Shown here piece by piece: positions 1 to 11,914 of a stretch of DNA of 64,000 nt. The DNA is taken from assembly GCA_030704615.1 (NCBI GenBank), contig CM060732.1, forward strand, positions 35,774,001 to 35,838,000. The letters are read 5' to 3'. Numbering within the stretch: position 1 is the stretch's first letter; the number at the start of each line of letters is the position of its first letter. A program made the position numbers and the translations under genes. The notes beneath the pieces were generated by a model, which was not told the origin of the DNA, searched no databases, and was given only the letters and a program-made list of their open reading frames with translations. This DNA is from Takakia lepidozioides. Lineage: Eukaryota > Plantae > Bryophyta.

Positions 1-358
1 GGCCCTCTCCACAGATAGCCAGGCTTCAAGCCTAACCCACAATGGAATACGCAGTCATAGATCGTAGTGTTTCCTGAGTAATGGTCCAATTTGATAGCAT
101 CATCATCCACTGGTTCCTGAAAATTGTTTTGCATGATGAGCAGGGTGCAATGCGAGGATGGTAGCAACAGCAAACCCAAGTAATGCCTCTCTTCTTTCTT
201 CTGATTCCCCTGTCTCTCCAGGGCCCTTGCGCATTGCTTTCTTTCTAGGTGAGAATTAGTTGTTCGCTGACCTCTACTAGACTGAGAAGATGGGGAGGTG
301 AATCCTGTGTTGGAGTGTCAAGGTTATAGCCCTTGCACGGCACTTTGAGAACAGAACG

Positions 359-430
359 GGACGGGTAGCTCAGTGGTAGAGCACCTCACCGGAATGGGGG
401 AGGTCCTAGGTTCAATCCCTAGCCCGACCA
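359..430 (+). other. tRNA-like cloverleaf / Pol III A+B box cassette inside the 5' LTR of the TRIM
   Basis: Acceptor GGACGGG/CCCGACC (6 of 7 pairs), D arm GCTC-AGTGGTA-GAGC, T arm CTAGG-TTCAATC-CCTAG, A box TAGCTCAGTGG, B box GGTTCAATCCC. The anticodon arm is imperfect (no U33), so it is probably not a functional tRNA. Confidence 0.85.
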
Positions 431-578
431 CTCGCCAGTGGTTTTCCAACATGGTATCAGAGCCAAGGTTGGGGCGGTGGTCAGAATGGGTGGGCATTAG
501 CTATAAGGGCTATGCCTTGAGGGGGAGTGTTGGAGTGTCAAGGTTATAGCCCTTGCACGGCACTTTGAGAACAGAACG

Positions 579-650
579 GGACGGGTAGCTCAGTGGTAGA
601 GCACCCCACCGGAATGGGGGAGGTCCTAGGTTCAATCCCTAGCCCGACCA
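579..650 (+). other. tRNA-like cloverleaf / Pol III cassette inside the 3' LTR of the TRIM
   Basis: Second copy of 359-430, with one T>C change at 606. Confidence 0.85.
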
Positions 651-908
651 CACGCCAGTGGTTTTCCAACATCCTGGACCTGTAACGTATATGTGTGCAG
701 AGTTTGCCTATGTGGAGCCGTTGTTAATTGTGCCGGTTGCTGAAAGAGTAGGCTTCAGGTTGCCCTGAGTTGCCATGGCTGTGGAGTGTTACACTCTTCC
801 AAGGAGTGATTTTGCCCTTATGGTCGTTTGCAGGTTCCCTAACAGTCTGACAAATGTAAGCAGGACAGTTTGGATCGTCTCATGGTAGTTTTGGTCAATC
901 CTTTGCAG

Positions 909-3900
909 CTATGCACAAATGTACAGAGATGTGAGGGCAGCAGTGGACCTTTGTCATCGGGACGGCACGCTGAAGCAGGCTGTTGCTCAGGACCCCCAGA
1001 AGTAAGATCACTTCTTCATCACCTAAATGCTACAGCTCTTGGTGGGACATGAAATTGTACCACTGAGCCCCCTTGATTGGATCACCACTTGCCGAGGCTC
1101 CACCCAACCCAATTAGGTGGAAGTAGGGCCTATTGATAGTGATGTCTAGTAGTCAGTAGCTCACAAATCTTCAAGTGAAACAGATCTACCATGTGACAGT
1201 TGTAAATGCACAGTCGAATAATACTCGAGCGATCAAAGAATTGTTCAAGCCCTTTGAATTTAGCCATCCTAACCTTAACTGAACCCAATCTTATGGTCGC
1301 TGAGAAAGAAAGGGAGAAAGGAATGTGATTCTGCCCCCAAGAGAAAGAACAGAAAGCTATGACTGGTGCAAGCTCAATAATTGTCATTGTAGAAAGTGTC
1401 ATAATTGTCAATTTTTCATGAATTCTCTCTTGAATAGCTGTTGGACAGGCATACAAGACAGAGGTATATTTTACTGTGCAGGCAGCATGTTGAATATTAT
1501 ACCTGTTGGGCCTCCTTGTGCTCAGAGTGTTGTGGAGACTGACATCTAAATTTGAGTCTCCCAGCTCCTTTTTGTAATTAGTTTAAAAGTAGAATGCATC
1601 TTGAAAAGGTCTCATGCCATTCCAGTGCTGTAGTAAATGAACAACTAGTTTCTCAAACATTGATTCAAACTTCTGTTGGTGGACTGTCTGGTGTAGGTAC
1701 ATTAATGAGGATTTGCAAATTTTCCCAATGCTGAAAATGCTAAGGCAATCTGGGCGAATGACTTTTCTCGTAACCAACAGGTAGCTCTTCTTCACCATGC
1801 CCTCGGTAGGAAGGGTTTCATTCCAGACTTGTACCTCCAGCTTAGATCTGCTGAGTCCTGATTACCTTGGCAGGTAGGTTTGCACCACCGCGTTCCCAGG
1901 TGAGCATCTGCAACATGCTACTGTTTTCTCTTCCTTTGACCGGTGGATGACCCACCGTGACAAAGAACAAGCCAACAGAGAGACACAGGAGGGGAGTAAC
2001 AGGGTCATGCATAGAGAGAGAAGAGTACAAAACACACAATCTCTGTACAATTTGAGCTTTTGAAGGGCCAGAAGCTTTGTACAGTGTAGAAAGGGCCACA
2101 AGTTGACCAGAAAGATATGAAAAGCTGAAATAAAAAGGGGTTACGAAATGAAGCGTTATTATCTGTGTATCTGATGTGCAGTCTCTGGGACTACACGCAT
2201 GTGGTGATGAACTATTTGTCTGGCAAGTGTGGCACTGATGGTGGCATCCCTCGTGATGATGAATGGCTTTCCTACTTCGACCTTGTCATCACCGGCAGGT
2301 TTCTCTCCATCTGTCCCTCTCTTCCACATCCTTCTGTGTGAGCAAAATCCACACTGGTCTGTTGACGCTGGAAAATTTGGGGACTTTCTCCATCTCACTT
2401 TTCTGTTGGTATGGGCAGTACCAAGCCCACCTTCTTCATGGATGGAAATCGTGCACCCTTGTTTGAAGTGGACATCGGAAGTGGGATGCTTCGAAACACT
2501 GATCAGGGGACCCCTCATGCACAGGTAAAGTCCTTTGCGTGTTAATTATGTCCAGACTGGCCCATGTCCAATTTCCTCACCACCCTGGTCATAGCCCCCA
2601 TATATTTCCACAGCTGTCTAACAAGAGTTTTCACTGGGTGGCAGATAGGAGAAATTGGTCTCAACACACCAGGGTTCCCACAGAAAAATGTGAAGCAAGC
2701 CTGCCGAGTTTTCCAGGCAAGTGGTGAAGAAACTGTGCAAGGCAGTAAAACTGTGGTAGATTATTATGGTGTTTGGTTCAACAACATACATTTTAGACTT
2801 GAATTTCAAGGGAGGCTTACATCGGTGCTGCCTGAAAGGACAACTAACTGTACGTAGCTGGGTTATTTACTGGGAGGAACAAATTTATTTTGCTTCAAGG
2901 GTTCTCACATCCCTCTCATGAAGCACTCCCCCTCCGAGCAACAACTTGGGCTGTTGGATACATTATAAAGTACTTTCTTTCGTCATTTCTTTCTTATCAG
3001 TTCAACTGTTCTTGGGCTGCTTGTGGAGGCCCCTCTCTCTTTCTTGCTTCTTGCTTTCTCTTGTCCCATAAGCTCTTTGAGCTTTCTGCAGACGTCACAA
3101 AGTACCGTTCATTTCATGTTTCTCTGGACGGACATTGTAATTGGGGCCTGACATTTGGCATAAACAATTGTATCAAGTTGACGCTAGAGTAAAGATCGTG
3201 CTAAAGGAAATCTGGAAGGTGAGAACGAACTGTATCATTAGACCTCTGGTGGAGTGAACTTAGTGCCTCTGCCCCTCTCGTTCCTTTCCCTGACCCCCTC
3301 ACCCAAACTGGACGAGGGGGTTGTAACGTTGTAACAAGAAGGATACAACAACCAACATCTACTGAGTAGCTCATCACTCATTCCGTTCATTTCTCTCCTT
3401 GATTGACTTATCTTGTCTTTGCTTGCATGTTACATGGGATCTGCAAGCAGGGAGGGAGTGTTGCACATCTGCACAGACTACTGGCCATTGAGGCAGGCGC
3501 ACAGGTATACAATAAAGATCCCCACATGTTTTCTGAGATTATCTGAGTATATATGTAGTAAAACTAAAGGCTGGATTTTATGGCGAGCTTCCTATTCTTC
3601 AGGGTCGTCACCATAAATGGGATCTCATAGTCACTTTGATGAGTAACTTAGAGTTATGAGAATTTCACCATGAGAGATTGATTTGTAAGCAGTGACAGAT
3701 GATTCTGACCAAATGTGAACTCGCTGATAAGAATGAGGTTTACATTTTGTAGGTCTTGTATGTGGGAGACCACATCTATGGGGACATTCTACGAAGCAAG
3801 AAGCAGCTCGGTGAGTGACTGCATCCATGTAAAGGCTGTGGGATTAATTGCGGCTGTGGATCTTTGATACTTCTTGAAGGTATAGTTGGTACGTTTGTAC

Positions 3901-6125
3901 AAAGGATCTACTTTTGTGGGGGTTCTCAGCAATTTAGAGTTCGTAAAAGGCCCCGTGGGCCCCTCTGCCTCTATGTCTCTCTCTCCCTCCCTTTTGACTT
4001 GTCAGTCTGCATGTATCCTGTGTGCAAATTGCTGATTTCATGGCATGTACATCAAAAGCTTTTCAATGATGAAGCAAAACACAGGGTGGAGAACCATGCT
4101 GGTAGTGCCGGAGCTGGAGACTGAACTAGAAATGCTTAGCCAGACATCTGCCCTTCGCAAGGTACTTCAGACTGAAAGGATTTTTATCGTGGTGCATTCT
4201 GCTGTGTGTTTGAGATCCTTGGACAACTTGCAAACTTGCAAGGCTCTGATATTAGCAATTGCAGGTAAAGTGTCAAATTCCTAATTTTGACAGGGTACTG
4301 TACTTATTTCATTAATGCTTTGCATGTATTCCATACGCAGGAGTTCCAAAGGTTGCGGCGAATACGTGACGTCCTGGAGGACACGCTGCAGCGTCGAGAA
4401 TGGGCTCTCAAGTACGCTGTTTCAGTCCTTGTCAGAGTAGACAGCTGACACGTCCACCCTTCTTCTGAGTGATCCCGTGATGAATTATGTAGCCATAAAA
4501 CGTTCCTCGTTGGGGTTTTGACTCAATTAGAATGTTTTGATCGGCAGTTCCTCCGTAGAGAAGTTACGCATCCCTGCAGGATTATACATCCCTCGGTGGG
4601 GACTGAAACGGATGCTGGTATGAAATTGGATTGTTGCATGTCAAGTATCTAAGGGTGAATTGGCTTACGCAGATTTGATGACCACACAGAAGAGGAGCGA
4701 CAAAGACTAGGTGATGAAATCGACCAGTTACAAGTAGGTCAATATATCTCTTACGCCTCAATCTAATCATTGTGGTACCTTGGAAAATGCAGCACAAGTC
4801 TAAGCCTGTTTTGACTAGAGCTTGAGCACTTTCTTTTGGCTAGCAATAAGTCTCTACTGCAAGTTTCTCCAGAATGCAAGCTAAAGTAGGACGAAGCTTA
4901 GAGTTTTCCAAGAACAAGTGCTAGATTTTCTTGAAGTTGCAGCAGTTACAGCTGCTTTAGACCCTCAGTTCTTCTATTTTATGTCACCATCAGCAAGTTA
5001 TAAGGAATGGGGGGAGGTATGCAAATAGTTCGCATGAATCACACATTATGTGTTCTTAGAGGTGGTCTAACCATTTGTTTATTGCAAGTTAGAGAGGGTA
5101 CTCACAAGGAAGGGGTGGGGGCCTTCTTGCAGAGAGAGAGGGACAAAGTAAGAGAGAAGCATCGCCAGGCACAGAGGGAGTGCCATCAACGGGTATGTAC
5201 AAAACTGGAGCTAGACACGGCATACCCAGGCTCTCTATTCAACTGTGTCTCTCTGGAGCGCTTTGGTCCTCCCACGGACGGAATAAATCTCTTGTGCAGA
5301 TTCTTTCTCACAGCCGGATTTACCACATCTGTTCATATCCAGTGGGATGCGATACATCGGCATTCAATTCCATATAACTGAATGGCTGTTTCGGTTGGGT
5401 GTCATAAACCCAGTGCCCCTACACCTAGCTGTGGAAGTATTCGTATCCCATGGGGAGTACGTCTGTGGGATGGGTGATACCTTATGTTCACTTAAAAAAG
5501 CACACATACATTTTTCCTCTCTGGATTGGCCACCAAAGTTCATAGGCAATTTTGTACATATACACTTGTATATTTCGGAAACCATGAACCCCTTTCATAA
5601 CAGATGCATGGTCTGCACATTCTTAAATGGTGAAACAGGTCTTGCTTTTTGTAGCATGTGTGGTCATCATTTGTTTCACCCCTGGTTGTTTGCAGTTCCA
5701 TAGCACATGGGGCCAGCTGATGAAGACCGGGTATCAGAACTCTCGATTTTCACACCAGGTTTGACATTCTCACTCCTGTTGAGTTAGAATAGCTTTGAAT
5801 ATGTAAAATCATGTAATGCAGGAGGGGATGAATATGAGGAAGAAGTAATGTAAGACACAACACCATATACTTTTTGGGACAGGGGAGAGAAGTAGAAGAA
5901 GAGTTTGTGGTTCAGAAGAGGCAGTAGGTGCAGGATGAAAGGGGGACTCTCTCATGGTGTTTCACTTTTCTGGTGGTGTGTTCTGGGGTGGGTGAACATC
6001 AGGTGGAGAGGTTTGCATGCTTGTACACCAGCCATGTTAGTAACTTGTGCTGCTATTCACCCGACAAGAGTTACCGTACGAGTGAGGACTTCATGCCCCA
6101 TGAGCTAGAGGACACGTCTCTCTGA
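909..6125 (+). CDS. HAD-superfamily IG 5'-nucleotidase (cN-II-like), 3' exons; N-terminal exons not found, presumably upstream of the window
   Basis: Spliced in-frame exons approx. 909-1001 (VRAAVDLCHRDGTLK), 1697-1780 (FLVTNS), 2182-2298 (LWDYT..FDLVITG), 2419-2524 (KPTFF), 2645-2716, 3451-3504, 3753-3810 (VLYVGDHIYGDILRSKK), 4086-4161 (WRTMLVVPELE), 4341-4411, 4673-4733, 5133-5192, 5696-5758 (WGQLMKTG), 6003-6125 (VERFACLYTS..FMPHE, stop). Confidence 0.92.
3005..3095. repeat. Dispersed repeat; related copies in the opposite orientation at ~33030-33115 and ~33555-33635
   Basis: GGGCTGCTTGTGGAGGCCC...TTGTCCCATAAGCTCTTTGAGCTT matches the reverse complement of AAGCTCAAAGAGCTTTATGGGACAA...CCCTCCATAAGCAGCCC and AAGCTCAAAAAGCTTATGGGACAAG. 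Confidence 0.65.
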
Positions 6126-8352
6126 GGCCCACTTATTTGTCGACTTTTCTCTCACTTGGTGGCCCCTTGGCTGGGAATGCTTGGGCACATCTTGGAAAAT
6201 TTTCTGCAAGAATGGTGAAGTTTCTGAATGCACTTTTTTGAGAAGAAGAGACACCACAATGTATGCCTGCTTCGGTAGGAGCCCACCTTTACCTTTGTTT
6301 TTCGGAATGCACTGGAGTAGCAAAAGCCTGGCCTTTCCTTCAACTGAAAATCTCATCGGACCTTTGTCAAGCACTGAACATTCTCAAGTGAGCTACACCG
6401 AGAGAGTCCCACCCAACGATTGATAAACACGAGGGATGGAGAAATAGGGTGGGCCGGATGAGGTACCAGTGTGGTCGTTAGTTTTTGAACCGGTTTACCA
6501 ATCCAATTACATACCACTGGAACCAGCAGTTCAAATAATCTGGTTATTGAGAACCGGCAGTGGACATGAAGATAGGGAATTTTTTTTTTTCTTAATTGGT
6601 GAACTGGATCCGGTGATAGAGATATCCTGATAACCTGGGGGATGGGTAAGGTCCTCACCCCGGTTATAATAGAACTACTTGGTTGGTAAGAAATTCAGTG
6701 TTTCAGTTTCTTTTTGGAGCTGTTTTTGCCTCTGCTTTCTAATTAAAACAACATTTCAGTTGGATTGCTGTCAAAACATTAGATTGCTGTCGATGCACAT
6801 TTGATAGCCATTATACGAAAAATCCTGACCTAATTTTTCCTCCGTTTTGGGAGGTACCTCCCTGTCATCCTCTTTTTGGAGGTACCTTACAAATCTGTAA
6901 GGTCCCCGCCAGATCCCAGCTTCACTTTTTGGTCTCTATCTTTTTAGTTGTGGCCGGACTGTGGGGTCTCCTGTGAGTCTCCTACGATTCGGTTTCCCCA
7001 TATGTTTTTCCGCGTGCATGGCGGCAACGCTACCTTTGGGTGATTCACTACTTTCACATGGGCTGGAGATGAGGCACCAGGACATGCCTCACATAGGGAA
7101 GCCTCTTTGTCATTGCAAGCTGAGTATTTCTGACTTTGGGCTGGTTAGGCTGATGCATAAGCTTATGCCTTACCTGATTCTTAGTGGGAGTGTGTTCTGC
7201 CTTATGGCTTTGAAACTCTCCCCCTGACAAGTGAGCTACACACTACACACCTGCCTTGTTAGTATGTACTTTTTGCAGATCTTAATGTTTTTTAATGCTT
7301 CCAACTGCATTTAAACTGCTGACAACATGGCCCACTTTCTGGGTTCACGTTATTGTTTTATTGCCCTTTGCGGGTTTCGAGGAAGTAGATTTTTTCTCAT
7401 AAGCCATAACGTCTTCACAGGCCCCAAGGCTCATGGGCGACCCAAACTTCAAAGGAAGATATTATAATACCCCACACAAGAAGGTAGCAGGATTCGAACC
7501 CAGTATCACCCGGCCGGCTGGCACCTACTGCTCTATCCAAGTAAGATATTATTCATAGAAACACGCGACTGACAACAACACAGATCCTAGGTTCCTGCTG
7601 CAACGCACTCATGGACAGAGTCATTCATCCTTTACATGTCCCCCCCACAAGCAAACGGATGAGTATGGACCCTACCGATGAATGTCCAGGGGGGACAATC
7701 ATGGCCCATAGCGGGGGACAGTGGAGCATTATGACGGGTATCGTGGCCGGCTTTTCGCCTGGCCCGTCCTTTTCGTCTGTCACTCCCAAAAAGGCCGTGT
7801 TTGTCCTCCTGTCCCACATGGGCTTCTGACATATGGATGACAAACTAAAAGTTCCATCTATATGCAGGCCTACCAGCGATGAGTAATGGAGATACCGATG
7901 AATGATTTCCTGGACATGGATGATTGTCTATGGGGTGTAAAGGCCCCGCAAACTGCGCTCGGCTGGAAAGTAGTCGTTTGGACGCACGCACATAAATGGA
8001 ATAAATGTATGGACCCCCAAATAATTTGCAGAGCCAACAATCCTGGCCTCTGTCGGCCCCTTCCCATTTTAAAATTGCCCTAACCCTATCTAGACACCCT
8101 CAACCCATCATGGAATTTCCTTATAATATCATATTTTATAATATTTTCTGCATAGAATACGCTTTTGCTTATAATATCTTTGTAGAGAGGGGAGCGTCTT
8201 CCAAGTTCCAAAATACCTAATCCGCTGTTCTCTAAATATATAATAATAATAATAATAATAATTGTGGGCTGTCGCTCCCAGGTTTCCTTTAAATAATAAT
8301 AGTAATATTAATAATAATAATCCACAAGAGTAAAGACTAGTCAACCCCTTAA

Positions 8353-9176
8353 CCTTTAAGTTCCCAAGCGACTTGAATGGGGTCACTTTGAATTTGCAGT
8401 TCGACCTAATTTTTGCAGATCTAATCTGATGGGGCCCACTCCTGAAGCTTTAATGACAAGGGATTTGTCTCGAGTACGATGAAAAAACAAAATTAAAAAA
8501 AAACAAAAGCTACGACCTACAAAAAATATCTTAGATCTCTCGTTTAAGTTTTGGGGCCTGAAAAGGGCTTGTTGACCGCTGACATGGCAGGTAAACAATC
8601 CCAAAACAGATTGCACTCCAAAGGCCATTTTTGGCAGAAAATTAGTAATTTTGGAAAAAGCACTTCACCTTGTGGTGTGTGAGCATTACATACACACATC
8701 CACCATTGGCTTTTAAAAAATTTGTAAAAAAAAAAAGTACTTCATTCGGAGGCATATTTTCTCTTGTCAATTTTGAGATTTCAACCCCTATGTAATTGCA
8801 TGCATAGCAACCATAGGTGAAAAAATCAGTTGGACCTACAATTTAGTGGGGTCATAGCCACTCCACTATTTATTTGGAAATGGTGGGTCTTGGGGCAAGC
8901 AAAATTGGATAAAGCTAGGTTTTGATTTGGTCAAACCAATTTCTTTCTCACTTTTTCTTTGGGACCTGATATTTGAGGTCCGGGCCAACGCTATAATCTC
9001 ACAATTTCCACAGTGGACTTGGCTCATTTTTTGGTATGTCATGCATAAATGAGCTGGCCCATTGCTATAAGGCTGGAAATCTCTGGATGATTTTTGGTAG
9101 GTTTCTAGGGGCAATTTACTGCAACTGGGTACCCAAAATTGGTAAAAAGTCAAAAAAGGACTTGGGAACTTAAGGG
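8353..9176. mobile_element. Non-autonomous piggyBac-like MITE (824 bp)
   Basis: TTAA at 8349-8352 and 9177-9180 flanks 16-bp TIRs CCTTTAAGTTCCCAAG / CTTGGGAACTTAAGGG (1 mismatch). No coding capacity seen. Confidence 0.7.
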
Positions 9177-9271
9177 TTAACAACAAAAAAAAAACTCTTT
9201 GCTTATTGGGTGAAGTTAGGTTAGTTGTTGTTGAGACTCATAACAACCTTCTTCTCTAGGTGGTCTGAAAA

Positions 9272-10355
9272 GTGGGGGCATTTGAATCGAATCTGTCATC
9301 AGCCAATTGGGACTCGGTGTGGAAAGATATATGGAAAAAACAAAGGGCTGCCAAAATCTCAGGCTTCTTGTGCAAGCTGGCTCATAGAATCTTGCTTGTC
9401 AATGCCAAGACCTTATTCAACAATGCTACTTGTGGTTTGTGCATGTCACACCCTGAGTCTATCGAGCACTGCCTTGCAGACTGCCCCTTCCCCGCTAGAG
9501 TTTGGAGAGCTGTGTTAGGCTTTTACTCATGTTGGGAGTCTTTTCCATCCCCAGCCCCCTCCTCTCTTCTACTCTTGAATTTCTTGGCTGCTCACGTGCC
9601 ATCTATTTTCCCTGTGTGGGCAAGTCTTAGAGCTTTAACCTTATGGAACCTCTGGAAAGTTAGATGTCTTGTTTTTGAAGGGAGACCCCCTAGGGCCAGG
9701 TCTGTGCTTTTTTGCATTTATCAAGACCTGCTTACTAAGGGGAGGAGGCTTGGGATATTTTGTGTGCAGCTGTTTCCAGATCTTCAGAACAGCGTGGCAG
9801 GCAGCTCATCAATAGCTTTCAGCAATCCTGGGGCAAAAATGACATTCTCGGAACCTGTATTCCCAACATGCGGTACTGCTGGAAAGTCTCCACTCCCAAT
9901 TCATGGGATATCTCCTAGTGATGGGGACGATGTGGACTTCAACTGGAGGCACAAGAAGCCTTGAGTTGCCAAGTCTAGACTCAGCTGCGTTTCTAGCACG
10001 TAAGCTCGAGTTTCTTTTCTCAAACTTCTCCCTGCTCCAGACTTAGGTACTACTTTTGCCACCAGGCAGCTGTTCTACTTGTTATCATCCTCCTTGGCTG
10101 CTTATCAGCCTTGCTCTTTAGGCTCACTTGCTTTATTCTCCTCATGCACTAGCTGCACTCATCTTTTTCCTGCTCCTCCGCTTGATTTGCTCTTAGTATG
10201 CTTGGTCACGGGGAAGTTCCCCCTCAGTGAGCCTCTACGGCCTCCCTGGTGGTTATTTTTTCCACCTTAATGTGAACCTTTGTTTCATTTAATTTGATTA
10301 AAAGGGCCCCTGTCCCCTTCAAAAAACAAAAACAAAAAACTATCAAAAACAAAAA
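9272..10355 (+). mobile_element. 5'-truncated L1-type LINE remnant (zf-RVT region, 3' UTR and A-rich tail)
   Basis: WKDIWK..AKISGFLCKLAHRILLVN..CGLC..ESIEHCLADC..ARVW..LWNLWKVR is the C-terminal ORF2 zinc-binding region. A-rich tail at ~10320-10355. Confidence 0.75.
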
Positions 10356-11914
10356 TTCCCTTACCCCTCAAAAAGTCAAATATTATATTCCCTAATTTTT
10401 CAATTAACCCCCCGGCGGTTATTTTTCCCACCATTTTGTAATCTCCTTTTATTTAATTTGATTAAAAGGCCTTCGTCCCCTTTAGAGATTAGTAAGTTAT
10501 CATTTTAAATAAAAGGCCCTTTAGTAAATAAATAAATTATTTCACTCAGGGCGCTGATCCCTGTTAAACAAAATAAAATAAAATAAGTAAAATAAGTAAA
10601 ATAATAATAAAAATAATTCAACATTTCACTAAATTTTAATTATTGAAACTGAAAAAGCAAATTCCCTTTCTCTTAAATTTTAAAAAACAAACATGAAATA
10701 ATTCGATAAAGTTCCAAGGGCTACCTTCCCTTTATCAAAAACAAAAACAAAACAAAAACCAAAAACAGAAAAGAAAAAGAAAGCAAAGTAGTTATTAGTC
10801 GGTGGTGAGTTGCTAGTGAGACCGGGAGCAGCCGGTGACGCGCAAGGTAACTGGCTGGTAGAAGAAGACGATGGCGGTGCCTAAGATCGACATATGGCGT
10901 TGTGCAAGTGGCTGCGCGTTTATTCTGCAGCAGAGTTGCGAGACACAGAGCGAGAGAGAGAGAGAGAGAGGGAGGGGAGAGGTACGAGGCGTGCAAATAT
11001 GTGGTGCAACGATTGCTGCAAAGGAGGTGATTGTTATGGGGAGGAGGCGATCTGAGGTGAGCTTATGCTGTTGTCTGTCAAGGAGTTGTTGCTATGGCCT
11101 GCAAGGTGATGAGAGCATATCGGGGAGGAATAGAGCGTGAGAGTGTGGTGGACAGAAAATTTGGTGGAAGATGGTGGAGACAGGTATATTAAGACGGTTG
11201 GTGATAGAAAGATGGCTCAGTAGCAGGGTCTTACAGTGTTGTAATCGTATTTCACGTACAGCAGAAAGGGGGAGCTGTTGTTTTTCGGAAGGACGAGGGA
11301 GTGTCGAAGCAGTCAGAGTGTTGAATGAGTGAGGATAGTGAGTGAAGGTTGAGTGAGCAGGTGAGAGAGGGGATTCTGGTGATGATCGTGAGCACTTCGT
11401 TTCGTCAAGTCTTAAAAGGGTCAAAACAAGTGAGAAGTCCGGTGAAAGTAGAGTTCTACTGAAGCTAATTTTAGCAGTTAATTTCTTGTAGAGTGGGGGA
11501 ACAGGCGGCGATGCAGTATGTTTTTTGCACTGTCTCAGGTTCACAGCTGACATCATCCAGACTGTTTTCTGACTAGATTATGTCTTCTGTTGCTTTACAG
11601 AATGTGGAGGAAAGTTTCAGGTGTGACGTGGATGTGATTAGAGAGAGCTCAGGTGCGGCGAGAAAATCCAATTGGAATAATTGTAGAGGCTTCTTTCTCC
11701 CGAGTGCTTGTAAGGATGATAACGTCAGCCTAAATTTCGTTTGTACAGTGAGTACATTGAGATTCTTACAGAGGGGGAGAGGTGCCTGCCAGTTGTACGG
11801 CAAGAGTGGATTTGAAGAGTCTAGGGTACAATGGAAGGAAAGGGTAAGTGAAGGAGAGAGGGGTTTGGGTGAGTGCGTGGGTGGGTGGGTGGGGGGCGTG
11901 GAGAAGGGAAGAGG

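Larger units (their letters stand above)
308..671 (+). mobile_element. Complete TRIM (non-autonomous mini LTR retrotransposon) with tRNA-like sequence in both LTRs (Helenus/Cassandra-like design)
   Basis: LTR1 308-451 and LTR2 528-671 are 144 bp each, TGTTGG...CCAACA, with 2 mismatches. PBS TGGTATCAGAGC (tRNA-iMet) at 452-463, PPT GAGGGGGAG at 519-527, 5-bp TSD TCCTG at 303-307 and 672-676. Confidence 0.95.

Noticed and set aside
359-650. Two functional tRNA genes (apparent GGA anticodon)
   Set aside because: They lie inside TRIM LTRs, lack U33, have a mismatched anticodon stem and lack the long variable arm expected for tRNA-Ser; treated as tRNA-derived LTR sequence.
6465-6685. Possible MITE with AACCGG motifs
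   Set aside because: No convincing TIR pair or TSD could be defined by eye.
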